Shown piece after piece: positions 9,449 through 18,263 of a DNA stretch of 64,000 nucleotides (its first letter is position 1; each line of letters starts with the position of its first letter). The stretch comes from Acidimicrobiia bacterium (lineage in GTDB: Bacteria; Actinomycetota; Acidimicrobiia; Spongiisociales; ZC4RG35). The translations under genes were made by a program, and so were the position numbers. Where the stretch lies: NCBI GenBank assembly GCA_965203555.1, contig CBDBCY010000004.1, forward strand, positions 2,080,001 to 2,144,000, in the 5' to 3' direction. Under the pieces are notes generated by a model. That model was not told the DNA's origin. It saw only the letters and a list, made by a program, of their open reading frames with translations, and ran no database searches.

Positions 9449-10222
9449 ATGACCGCACCGGACTGGTCGCTGGGCGCCGGTCTCCGGAACCAGGCGGTGC
9501 TGGTGACCGGAGCGGCGAGCGGCATCGGAAAGGCGACCGCCCGGACCATGGCGGCCCTGGGCGCCAGGGTGGCGGCATTGGACGTTCAGGAGACGGTGCG
9601 GGAAGTGGTGGGGGACTTGGAGGACCCCGGCCGGCACCTGCCGGTGGTCTACGATCTGGCTGACAGCGGGTCGATGCCGTCGTTGGTGGCCGACATCGAG
9701 GCGCGGCTGGGCCCGCTGTGGGCGCTGGCTCATGTGGCGGCCTACCTGCGGCGCAAGGAGTTGGGCGATGTGACCGAAGAGGACTGGGACGCTCAGCTGG
9801 ATGTGAACCTGAAGGGTTCATTCTTTCTCAACAAGGCGGTTGGAGAGGCGATGATCGCCACCGGCAGAGGGGGGCGCATCATCAACTTCACGTCCGGAGC
9901 TTGGCTGAGCGGACCGGTGCATGGCAGCCACATCTACGTGGCCAGCAAGGGGGGTGTGGTCTCCATGACCCGGGGGTTTGCCCGGGCCTACGGGCCACAT
10001 GACATTCTGGTGAACTGCGTGTCGCCCGGGCAGATAGACACCCCCATGCAGCACGTCGACAATATCCCCGAAATCGTGGCGGCCGGAATCGAGCAATGCC
10101 CACTGGGGCGGATGGGACAACCCGAGGAGTTGGCCAGGGTGGTGGCCTTCCTGGCTTCCGAACACGCCAGTTTCGTCAGTGGCGCCACCATCAACGTGAG
10201 CGGCGCGCTGACGATGTACTAG
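9449..10222 (+). CDS. SDR family oxidoreductase
   Basis: TGAASGIG, YVASKGG and NCVSPG motifs. Confidence 0.92.
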   Translation: MTAPDWSLGAGLRNQAVLVTGAASGIGKATARTMAALGARVAALDVQETVREVVGDLEDPGRHLPVVYDLADSGSMPSLVADIEARLGPLWALAHVAAYLRRKELGDVTEEDWDAQLDVNLKGSFFLNKAVGEAMIATGRGGRIINFTSGAWLSGPVHGSHIYVASKGGVVSMTRGFARAYGPHDILVNCVSPGQIDTPMQHVDNIPEIVAAGIEQCPLGRMGQPEELARVVAFLASEHASFVSGATINVSGALTMY

Positions 10223-10234
10223 AGGGGTGGATCA

Positions 10235-11146
10235 CTGAACACCGTTCAAACCGTTCTGGGACCCGTTTCTCCGGACGAGTTGGGTGTGACCCTGCCCCAC
10301 GAGCATGTCTTCCTGGACCTCTACGAGATAACCATGAACTCCCATCTGATCCTCTGCGATCCCGAGGTTGCCCGGTACGAGTTGGGTTTCTTCAAGGAGT
10401 GCGGTGGGGGCACCATCGTCGATCAGACGGTGCACGGGCTGGGGCCGGATCCGGAGGCGCTCCGGGAGGTGGCCCGGGACGTGGGCATAAACATCATTGC
10501 GGGTACGGGCTTTTACTGGGAGAAGTTCCACCCGCCCTGGCTGAGGGACATGACCGACCGGGACATCGTGGCAATGCTGGTGAAAGACCTGACGGGAGGG
10601 TTCTACGGGACCGACATCCGGGCGGGGATCCTGGGCGAGATCGGGACTCACCATCGAAGGATCTCGGCCGCCGAGGAACGGGTGATCAGAGCTTGTGCGG
10701 TCGCCCAGCGGGAGACGAGCGTTCCCATCTCCACCCACGCGCTTTTCACCCGCATCGGCATGGAGCAGGTGCGACTGTTCGAAGATGCCGGGGCGAACCT
10801 CGACAAGTTGGTGATCGGCCACGTCGACACCACACCTGACGTGGACTACCACATCGAGCTTCTCCGGAGGGGAGTCTGGATCGCCTACGACGCCATCGGC
10901 CAGCTTGACAAGCAGACGGACGAGAGAAGGGCGGATGCCATAGTCCGGCTGATCGGCGCCGGGTACCGGGACCGGATTCTGCTGTCCACCGATGTGGGAA
11001 AGAGAGGGGCTATGAGATCGTACGGCGGAACAGGGTATGATCATGTGATCAACATCTTTCTGCCACTGCTACGGGAACGGGGCATCGAGGAAGAAGACTT
11101 GGACGCGCTCACCGTGGACAATCCCCGCCGCCTGTTCACCGGATAG
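10235..11146 (+). CDS. Phosphotriesterase-related protein (PHP/PTE family), probable CTG start
   Basis: TVQTVLGPV..LGVTLPHEH, GILGEIG, ISTH, IGHVD and LLSTD motifs. Conserved N-terminal residues lie upstream of the TTG at 10280. Confidence 0.88.
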   Translation: MNTVQTVLGPVSPDELGVTLPHEHVFLDLYEITMNSHLILCDPEVARYELGFFKECGGGTIVDQTVHGLGPDPEALREVARDVGINIIAGTGFYWEKFHPPWLRDMTDRDIVAMLVKDLTGGFYGTDIRAGILGEIGTHHRRISAAEERVIRACAVAQRETSVPISTHALFTRIGMEQVRLFEDAGANLDKLVIGHVDTTPDVDYHIELLRRGVWIAYDAIGQLDKQTDERRADAIVRLIGAGYRDRILLSTDVGKRGAMRSYGGTGYDHVINIFLPLLRERGIEEEDLDALTVDNPRRLFTG

Positions 11147-11197
11147 CAGATGGACGGGATTCAGGACAGAAGCTATGAGGAGAGGAGTCGAGACTCT

Positions 11198-12262
11198 GTG
11201 AGCGGCGCAGATCGGCACCGCCCGGTAGAGGTGGTCCACTTCGGCCTGGGAACGGTGGGTCGGGCGGCCTTGCGTCTGTGCCGGACCCGGGAGTGGATTC
11301 GTTCGGTAGGGGCCGTGATAGGCGGGAAGTCTTCGGTGCGGGAAAGAATCGAGGCGGGAGAGGTCCCCGTAGATCTGCCTCTTTCGACCGATGCCGACTA
11401 TTTGTTGGACCAACTGCGACCGGAGGTGGCTTTGATCGCCACCCGCTCTCCCGTGGCGGAGGTGAAAGCCGACATCCTGAGGTGCCTGCATCGGGGGGTG
11501 AGTGTCGTCACCTCGAGCGAGGAACTGTACTTTCCCGACGTCACCGACCCGTCGGCGACCAGAGAGATCGAAGCAGCCTGCCGCGCCGGGGGAGCGGCGG
11601 TGGTGGCCACCGGCATCAATCCCGGGTTCGTGTTCGATGTTCTCCCGGTGGTGATCGCCGGCTCTTCCTGGGACGTCCAGCGGTTGGCGGTGACCCGTGC
11701 GCTCGATTGCTCGGTGTTCGGGCGGACCATCCATCGCTCGCTGGGGGTGGGGTACAGTCCGGCCGGATTCGAGGAGGCCCGCCGGACAGGAGTCATCCGC
11801 GGTCACATCGGGTTCGAGGAGAGCGCCCGGGTCATCGCCAGGGTGATGGGCAGGGAACTCGACCGTTTCGAGGAGAATGTCCAGCCATTGATCGCCGAGC
11901 GACCCTATCAACTCGCCGAGTATGAGATCTCCCCCGGGGAGACGGCCGGGGTGGTTCAGGATGCGACCGGTTGGGTCGGGGAGCGTCCCTGGCTCCGTTT
12001 CGACCTGTCCCTTCACGTGGATCCGAAGTCGGTGGGTATTCAGACCCGTGATCACATCCGGATAGAGGGCGAGAACACCCTGGACGTAACCATCCAGCCC
12101 GGAACCACGTCGATTCTCACCACCTCGGCCCTGTTGGTCAACAGCATCCCGGCGGTGTTGTCCGCGCCCCCGGGCCTCTATACCGCCGCCGACCTCCTAC
12201 CCACCGCACCCTGGTTGGGCGCCAGCCCTCCTCCGGGTTTACGGAGACGAACCCAAGGCTGA
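11198..12262 (+). CDS. NAD(P)-dependent amine dehydrogenase / 2,4-diaminopentanoate dehydrogenase-like protein
   Basis: FGLGTVG Rossmann motif, VVTSSEEL, TGINPGFVFD, GHIGFEES and VNSIPAV motifs. GAGGAG RBS precedes GTG 11198; ATG 11150 is an alternative start. Confidence 0.8.
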   Translation: MSGADRHRPVEVVHFGLGTVGRAALRLCRTREWIRSVGAVIGGKSSVRERIEAGEVPVDLPLSTDADYLLDQLRPEVALIATRSPVAEVKADILRCLHRGVSVVTSSEELYFPDVTDPSATREIEAACRAGGAAVVATGINPGFVFDVLPVVIAGSSWDVQRLAVTRALDCSVFGRTIHRSLGVGYSPAGFEEARRTGVIRGHIGFEESARVIARVMGRELDRFEENVQPLIAERPYQLAEYEISPGETAGVVQDATGWVGERPWLRFDLSLHVDPKSVGIQTRDHIRIEGENTLDVTIQPGTTSILTTSALLVNSIPAVLSAPPGLYTAADLLPTAPWLGASPPPGLRRRTQG

Positions 12263-12732
12263 CCGGCCCGGTAGTCGTGTTTTCCGGTGGTGGGGTCTGA
12301 GCGGCGCTTTCCGCTGCTTCCCAACAATCTGGCAAAAGAACCCGTGCAGGATGGTTGACTCTGTCACAGTGACGGATCATGTTGTTAGGGCCAAGCACCG
12401 AGGCGGTCCGCTCCGGCGTCGTTCGGACCGCAAGAAGGGATCACAGAGTCTGACGAAGCCCGGTCCGGGCTGTCCGAAAACCGTTCAACCCAAGGACAGG
12501 TGGAGGTGGGGGTGGGGACCCGAAGGGGGAAATTCGCGACAAATCGATCTGGTCGGTTTCACACCTTTTCGGCCAGTGTCCCGGTCTGTACCGGCCACGG
12601 ATTCGACCCCACGCTGCCATTGGTGGGTTCGGGAACTGAGGTGTGTTCATACTATGTGGGGTGTCGCGGATGAGGTGGACGCTGCGAAAGTTTTAGTGTT
12701 TGTTTTCACAACTTAGTGATATGCGGGGTGTT

Positions 12733-12755
12733 TTGTCACACCCCCTGTGCATACT
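12733..12755 (+). promoter_or_regulatory. RecA-NDp/PafBC-like promoter (TTGTC..-10 CATACT), leaderless
   Basis: TTGTCACAC-N8-CATACT followed by ATG 6 nt later. The spacing matches the mycobacterial tTGTCRgtg-N8-TAnnnT motif. Confidence 0.5.
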
Positions 12756-12761
12756 GTACAC

Positions 12762-14000
12762 ATGAAACACATGAACACACAACCCGCAGGCACAACAGCA
12801 GCCACCAATCGGGTGCGTCTGCTGGCACCCTCCCTGCCGGCGGCCGGGGCTACGTCCGAGCAGTTACGGCAGCGTATACAGTCCACCATCCGCGTCCAGA
12901 ACCAGGCCGCCGCGGTCCGCGCCGAGGCGGTGTCGGAGTTGCGCCGCCGACAGGGGGCGGAGAAGGTGGAGACGATATTGCGAGAAGACGGGCTGTTGGG
13001 CCGTCGGAAGGCCCGAACGGAGGTGGAGACCGCCAAAGAATTGGAGGAACTGCCCAAGACGAGGGAGGGTTTCCAAAAGGGAGAGATCTCTGCTGACAAC
13101 GCGCGTATCCTGGCGGGCGCTAACCAGAGGGGAACCATCAACGAGGACGAGTTGTTGGACGGTGCCCGTTCCCAGTCTCCTGACAAGTTCGCGGCCATGG
13201 TCCGCAAACACGAACAGGCCCGTGCCCAAGATGATGGTGTGTCGGAGTTGGAGCATCAGCGTTCCCGGCGGTTCGCGAAGATCACCACTGACCAGGATGA
13301 CGGGATGACTGTTCTTTATGGGAGGTTCGACCCGGTCACGGGTGCTCGGGTCGAAACGGCGGTGTCTCACATGATGAACCAACTATGGCACAAAGAAGAC
13401 CCTCGGGATCGGGCTACTGCGGGGCAGCGGATGGCCGACGCTATAGCCAAGCTCCTTACTCGGGAAGGAGAGGATGGTGGTTCCCAAGGCGTGCGGTTGT
13501 TGTTGATCGCCGATTACGACGCGGTCAGCCAACAGTTGGGCAGCCCTCGCTTGGAGAACGGAACCCCCCTGCCCGCCCGTACCCTGCGCCAGTTGGCCTG
13601 CGACGCGCAGGTCCTCCCGGCCATCTTTTCGGGTTCGTCGGTGCCGTTGGATTTGGGACGGGCCCGGCGGACGGCCAGCGGTTCCCAACGGGCCGCGCTG
13701 GTCGCCCGCGACAAACACTGTGTGGGTTGCGGCGCCAAGGCCTCCTGGTGTCAGGCCCACCACATTGTCCACTGGGCCGATCAGGGTTCCACGAACCTGG
13801 ACAACATGTGTCTTCTGTGCAGCAGATGCCACCACAAAGTCCACGACAACGGGTGGACAGTTCACAAAACCCCCACCGGAACATACACCCTCCGCCGCCC
13901 ACCAACCGACCGGCCGCCACGGCACCGTACGAACCGCTACCGCCGCCGATCCACACGCCGCCGATCCACGCGCCGCCGCCCCATTAAACAACGGAAATGA
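12762..14000 (+). CDS. DUF222-domain HNH endonuclease (REP13E12/Rv1128c-like)
   Basis: QRMADA, RQLACDA, PLDLGRARR, RAALVARDKHCVGC..CQAHHIVHW..GSTNLDNMCLLCSRCHHKVH motifs, plus an Arg-rich tail. Confidence 0.9.
   Translation: MKHMNTQPAGTTAATNRVRLLAPSLPAAGATSEQLRQRIQSTIRVQNQAAAVRAEAVSELRRRQGAEKVETILREDGLLGRRKARTEVETAKELEELPKTREGFQKGEISADNARILAGANQRGTINEDELLDGARSQSPDKFAAMVRKHEQARAQDDGVSELEHQRSRRFAKITTDQDDGMTVLYGRFDPVTGARVETAVSHMMNQLWHKEDPRDRATAGQRMADAIAKLLTREGEDGGSQGVRLLLIADYDAVSQQLGSPRLENGTPLPARTLRQLACDAQVLPAIFSGSSVPLDLGRARRTASGSQRAALVARDKHCVGCGAKASWCQAHHIVHWADQGSTNLDNMCLLCSRCHHKVHDNGWTVHKTPTGTYTLRRPPTDRPPRHRTNRYRRRSTRRRSTRRRPIKQRK
13941..13978 (+). repeat. 15-bp tandem repeat encoding RRRST in the HNH protein tail
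   Basis: CGCCGCCGATCCAC(A/G) twice plus a partial copy. Confidence 0.8.
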
Positions 14001-14345
14001 TCGAACCCGCGTCTGTTTCTATGGCGTCTACCAGCCCGGTTTGCCACTCTCGATCCACGCCCATCCCCAATAGGGGTTCTGAAAGCATTTTGAACACCAG
14101 ATCCAACACCCCCGCGCTATCTGCCCACCAACTCATACGCACATAAACAGCGCGCCATCTCTAACCGGGACGGCAACCCCGCCCCCGGTCGTCGAACACA
14201 TCCGACAGGGCCCCGGTCACCCCATCGAGTCGGCGAAACGCCCAGATGCAGCCCCCACTTGGCCCATGACCCCCTCAACGCCCTCTCCCACCACCTTCAA
14301 CGGGACCAGGCTCCTCACTTTGCCATTCTTCACCATGCGGGTGAA

Positions 14346-14401
14346 CCTTCTGACTTGGTAGCTTCTAACCACGTATCTCAGAACCATCCCAGGTCAGAAG
14401 G
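14346..14401. repeat. 13-bp inverted repeat downstream of the HNH gene
   Basis: CCTTCTGACTTGG ... CCAGGTCAGAAGG (12/13 complementary). Confidence 0.6.
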
Positions 14402-14450
14402 CCACCTGCACCCCCTCCACACACCCCACCCCCACCATGAACAGTCGGGG

Positions 14451-14849
14451 CTATTCGTGGCAGACCGCGGTCGCCTCGATCTCGATCAGGTACCCCGGGT
14501 CCAGGAACTTGGAGACTTCAACCATAGTGGAGGCGGGCTTGATATGGCCGAAGATCTCGGCATGGGCCCGTCCGGCTTCCTCCCAGCGGGAGATGTCGGT
14601 GAGGAACATCCTGGTGCGCACCACGTTCTCGGCCGCGGCGCCCAGTTTGGCCAGGGCTCGCAGGATTATTTCCAGACAGGCCTTCGTCTGCCCGTACATG
14701 TCGTCGGGCGCGATCACCGATCCGTCCGGAGCGCCGGCGGTGGTGCCGGCCACTTCGATCAGGTTCCCGACTCGAACCGCCCGCGAGTAGCCCACCGGGT
14801 CCCACGGGCGGTTGGACGGCACCTGCTGTCTCGGTCCACTAAGCGTCAG
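14451..14849 (-). CDS. RidA/YjgF family protein
   Basis: PWDPVGYSRAVRVGN, VVRTRMF, PASTMVEV and IEIEATA motifs. The start is GTG 14822 or a CTG at 14849 that follows AGGA. Confidence 0.88.
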   Translation of the reverse strand: MTLSGPRQQVPSNRPWDPVGYSRAVRVGNLIEVAGTTAGAPDGSVIAPDDMYGQTKACLEIILRALAKLGAAAENVVRTRMFLTDISRWEEAGRAHAEIFGHIKPASTMVEVSKFLDPGYLIEIEATAVCHE

Positions 14850-14857
14850 GGGTTTTC

Positions 14858-15319
14858 CTAGTCGTCTTCGGCCGGGTAGACATCCACCGTAATAGGAAAT
14901 TGGACGTCTTCGTGGGGACGGATCGTAACCGGAAAAGCCCCGATCCTGCGGATCGGCGTGTCGAGCACCACGTGGCTGGGTTCCAGTTGGAACCCGGTGT
15001 CCCTGCGCACCGCCTCCACCACATCCTTGGGGCCCACCGAGCCGTACAGGTTTCCGGCCTGGGAGGCGCGGGCGGCGATCACCACCATCTTGCCCACCAG
15101 TCGGGTGGCGATCTGTTCGGCCTGGCTCTTTCGCCGCATGTACTCGGCCAGTTTCGCCTGCTTGAGCGCTTGTATGTGGGCGATTGCCTTAGGGGTGGCC
15201 TTTATCGCCTTCTTGCGGGGAAGGAGGTAGTTACGTGCGTATCCGGGCGCCACTACTACCACTTCCCCCTTGTAGCCGAGTCCGGCGATGTCTTCGGTGA
15301 GGATCAGCCGGGTGCTCAT
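14858..15319 (-). CDS. rplI: 50S ribosomal protein L9
   Basis: [22 protein letters not shown] and LYGSV motifs; position in the rpsF-ssb-rpsR-rplI operon. Confidence 0.97.
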   Translation of the reverse strand: MSTRLILTEDIAGLGYKGEVVVVAPGYARNYLLPRKKAIKATPKAIAHIQALKQAKLAEYMRRKSQAEQIATRLVGKMVVIAARASQAGNLYGSVGPKDVVEAVRRDTGFQLEPSHVVLDTPIRRIGAFPVTIRPHEDVQFPITVDVYPAEDD

Positions 15320-15582
15320 AGGTTGGTATAGGGCAAAAGCGCCATCTCGCGGGCGTTCTTGATGGCTCGCGCCACCGCATTCTGATGCCGTTGGCAGTTT
15401 CCTGTCGAGCGTCTTCCCCGGATCTTGGCGCGGGAATCAGAGATGTATCTGCGGAGCAGCGTGATGTCCTTGTAGTCCACGTAGCGGATATTGTTGTCAC
15501 AAAAGTAACAGGACCTCTTTTTGATTCTGCGATAGCTCGATCCCGAACGGGGACGTCTGCGAGGTGAAGATTTGCGTGCCAT
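15316..15582 (-). CDS. rpsR: 30S ribosomal protein S18 (Zn-binding C+ type)
   Basis: [27 protein letters not shown]. Confidence 0.97.
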   Translation of the reverse strand: MARKSSPRRRPRSGSSYRRIKKRSCYFCDNNIRYVDYKDITLLRRYISDSRAKIRGRRSTGNCQRHQNAVARAIKNAREMALLPYTNL

Positions 15583-15594
15583 ACCGCTTCTCTC

Positions 15595-16059
15595 CTAGAA
15601 AGGCTCTTCGTCGCTTTTGTAGCTGGTGGGCCGGGTGGGAGCGGCGGGAGGGCGGGAGGGACGCTGGACTCCCTCGTAATAACCACCTCCGGATTCGCGG
15701 GTTGTACGCCGCACGTCGGCGGTAGCAAATCGAAGCGCAGGTCCGATTTCCTCGATCCTGATTTCAATCACCGAACGGCGGTCGCCCTCTGGTGTCTCCC
15801 AACTGCGTTGCTGAAGACGGCCGGTGACGATGACCCTGGATCCTTTCTCAAGGGATTCGGCGACATTCTCGGCGTATTGACGCCAAACGGTTCCGCTGAA
15901 GAAGCTGGTCTCTTCCTGCCACTCGTTGTTCGGGTCGCGCCAACTACGATTGACCGCTATACGGATATTTGCCCGGGGGATTCCCGAAGCGGTGAACCTC
16001 AGTTCCGGATCCTCCACCAAATTGCCGACAACGGTTACCGCGTTGTAGTTTGTTGCCAT
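15595..16059 (-). CDS. ssb: Single-stranded DNA-binding protein
   Basis: VGNLVEDPELRFT, GSRVIVTGRL and the acidic C-terminus DEEPF. Confidence 0.97.
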   Translation of the reverse strand: MATNYNAVTVVGNLVEDPELRFTASGIPRANIRIAVNRSWRDPNNEWQEETSFFSGTVWRQYAENVAESLEKGSRVIVTGRLQQRSWETPEGDRRSVIEIRIEEIGPALRFATADVRRTTRESGGGYYEGVQRPSRPPAAPTRPTSYKSDEEPF

Positions 16060-16093
16060 TGCTCTTCTCTCTCTCGTTATTCAGGAACCCGAC

Positions 16094-16381
16094 TCAAATC
16101 TCAGGACGGATGACCTTGTGACGGAGCACGTCGTCGGCCAAAGACAGCACTCGCCTCAAGGAGTCCACGGTCAATGGTTCCGATTCGAACCGGATGACGG
16201 TGTAGTAACCCTCGGAGACATGTTCGATTTTGTACGCCAACCGCCTCTTTCCCCACGGATCGATGGCTTGGTTGACGGCTCCCTGATTGGTGAGGAACTC
16301 CTCCAATTCCGAAACCTTGTCTCGGTATTGGGCCTCGGACATCTCCGGGCGATGGATGGTCATTAGCTCATACTGACGCAA
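16094..16381 (-). CDS. rpsF: 30S ribosomal protein S6
   Basis: MRQYELM..WGKRRLAYKI..VLRH; TTG start after AAGGAGGT. Confidence 0.97.
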   Translation of the reverse strand: MRQYELMTIHRPEMSEAQYRDKVSELEEFLTNQGAVNQAIDPWGKRRLAYKIEHVSEGYYTVIRFESEPLTVDSLRRVLSLADDVLRHKVIRPEI

Positions 16382-16388
16382 TTCGCGT

Positions 16389-16443
16389 CACCTCCTTTGG
16401 TCATCTGCCTCAAACGCAGAAGGCCCCTTCTCTGGGGCAGGAC
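16389..16443 (-). promoter_or_regulatory. Putative S6:S18 autoregulatory leader of rpsF
   Basis: Minus strand reads TCCT-GCCCC(hairpin)GGGGC-C..ACC-AAAGGAGG. The TCCT can pair with the SD, the architecture known for S6:S18-binding leaders. Confidence 0.6.
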
Positions 16444-16522
16444 AGGCGCTAAGCGCATTTTGGGGCTTGTGAAACACCATTGTAGCGGAGATCGAAACCT
16501 AATAAATCCCGACGTTTCTCCC

Positions 16523-17173
16523 TTATGGCCGGGCAACGGTCTCGCCCAACATCAGAGATTCTCCAAACTGGACCTCGTCGAAGAACCCGGGAGCCGCCTC
16601 CAGGGCGTAACGGACTGGATTTTTCGAGGGGTAGGTGGGACAGGGATCCTGGGTGCAGGGAAGCATCGCCAACACCGCGAAGAGAGCGCCTTCCTCGTCA
16701 AAGTACCCGATATCGAGCGGTATCAGGGTGTTCTTCATCCAAAACGAGACAGGGAGGGGATCCTCCCAGGCAAACACCATCCCGTCCAGGTCGCCCAGCG
16801 ATTCGACTCCCATCAGACCCCGGGTCCGCAGGGCGGTGGTGTCCGCCAACGCCAGCAGCAGAGACCGCTCGCCCAGTCGGGCGGTGATGATCATGAATCC
16901 TTCTACGTCTCCCGTGTCCGCACGGATGGTTGTCGGGGTGATGGTGGTGGTTGTGGTAGCTGGGAAAGAAGACGTGGTCGTGGATGGGACGGCAGTGGTG
17001 TCTGTGGCAGGCGGGGCCATGGTCGAGGATGTGGTGGTGACCGGCAGGGCAACAGTGGTGGACGTCGTCGGCGAACCGCCGTTCGGGGGTTCGGGGTGGG
17101 TGGCGTCCGTGGACACGGCGCCTCCACCCAGATCGTCTGCGACCCGGACCTCCCCACATGCCCAGGCCGCCAA
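16523..17173 (-). CDS. DUF192 family protein with a Thr-rich linker, probable lipoprotein (start uncertain)
   Basis: ADT..RTRGLMG, GMVF, FWMKNTLIPLDI, PCPTYP and YALE motifs. A signal-like RKSLFLVVFLALAAWAC continues upstream in frame. Confidence 0.85.
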   Translation of the reverse strand: MAAWACGEVRVADDLGGGAVSTDATHPEPPNGGSPTTSTTVALPVTTTSSTMAPPATDTTAVPSTTTSSFPATTTTTITPTTIRADTGDVEGFMIITARLGERSLLLALADTTALRTRGLMGVESLGDLDGMVFAWEDPLPVSFWMKNTLIPLDIGYFDEEGALFAVLAMLPCTQDPCPTYPSKNPVRYALEAAPGFFDEVQFGESLMLGETVARP

Positions 17174-17184
17174 AGCCAGGAAAA

Positions 17185-18045
17185 CTACAAGGAAAAGACT
17201 TTTGCGGTGGAAGGCGTTTCCTCCAGCAGGGCTTCCTCGAGACCGGAGTCCACCCGGTATGTCTCTTTCTGGTCGGGGAAGTTCCCGGTCTTGACGTCGT
17301 GGCGAAAGCGGCGCAGCGCATCGGTGGCTACTTCCCGAAGATTGGCATATTGCCGCACGAACTTGGGATAGCGGCCGAACCCCATGCCGAGTAGGTCGTG
17401 GAACACCAGCACCTGGCCATCCGCCGAACGACCGGCGCCGATCCCGATGGTGGGAGTGGAGATGCGTTCGGTGACCACCGACGCCAACGCTTCCGGCACT
17501 CCTTCCAGAACCAGGGCGAATATGCCGGCCTCCTCCAGGGCCTCGGCTTCACGGATGATCTTTCGGGCCGTGTCGAGTCGCCGTCCCTGGACCCGGTAAC
17601 CGCCCTCGGCGTGAATCGACTGGGGGGTCAGGCCCAAGTGGCCCATCACCGGTATCTCTGCCGCCAGCAGCCTCTCGATGTGAGGAATTCGCTCGGATCC
17701 CCCTTCGATCTTGACAGCCTCGGCCCCCGCCCGTACCAGGGTGGCGGCGTTGCGGACCGTTTCCTCGGGGGATATGTGAAAGCTCATCCAGGGCATGTCA
17801 CCCACCACCAGTGAATGGGGCTTGGCCCGGGCGACGGCCGCCACATGATAGACCATCATTTCCAGACTGATCGAGAGGGTGGTTTCGAAACCGTGTACGA
17901 CGTTTGCGGCGGAATCTCCCACCAGGATGATGTCAATGCCCGCCTCCGACGCCAGCTTGGCGCCGGGAAAGTCATAGGCTGTAACCATGGCGATCTTTTC
18001 GACGCCTTTGCGGGCTCGAATGACTGGGACAGTCACCTTTGCCAT
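17185..18045 (-). CDS. panB: 3-methyl-2-oxobutanoate hydroxymethyltransferase
   Basis: MVTAYD, LVGDS, VKIEGG, MGHLGLTPQ, IGIGAG and DGQVLV motifs; GAGGAG RBS. Confidence 0.97.
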   Translation of the reverse strand: MAKVTVPVIRARKGVEKIAMVTAYDFPGAKLASEAGIDIILVGDSAANVVHGFETTLSISLEMMVYHVAAVARAKPHSLVVGDMPWMSFHISPEETVRNAATLVRAGAEAVKIEGGSERIPHIERLLAAEIPVMGHLGLTPQSIHAEGGYRVQGRRLDTARKIIREAEALEEAGIFALVLEGVPEALASVVTERISTPTIGIGAGRSADGQVLVFHDLLGMGFGRYPKFVRQYANLREVATDALRRFRHDVKTGNFPDQKETYRVDSGLEEALLEETPSTAKVFSL

Positions 18046-18263
18046 ATTCTGCTCCTCTCTCCCCACCGCCAAGGGTTGGGGGATCGGCTCTTCAGGTTTG
18101 GGGTTGCCCGGTGTGGGGGTCAGCACGCTGCAATCGAGTCGACCGCCCCCTGGGGCCGGCTGCTCTCAATAATAAGCCGCCGCCTGGTGTCCATTACCGG
18201 GAATTGACGGAAAGGTTTATCGATACGCTCTGCTGTCGACTTTGGAGTGAGGACCGAGAGCCG

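Noticed and set aside
12441-12650. 69-aa minus-strand ORF divergent from the HNH gene
   Set aside because: No recognisable motif, Pro-rich composition and no clear RBS; not supported as a gene.
14191-14207. LexA SOS box downstream of the HNH gene
   Set aside because: TCGAAC is present, but the second half-site GTTCGA is absent at the N4 spacing.
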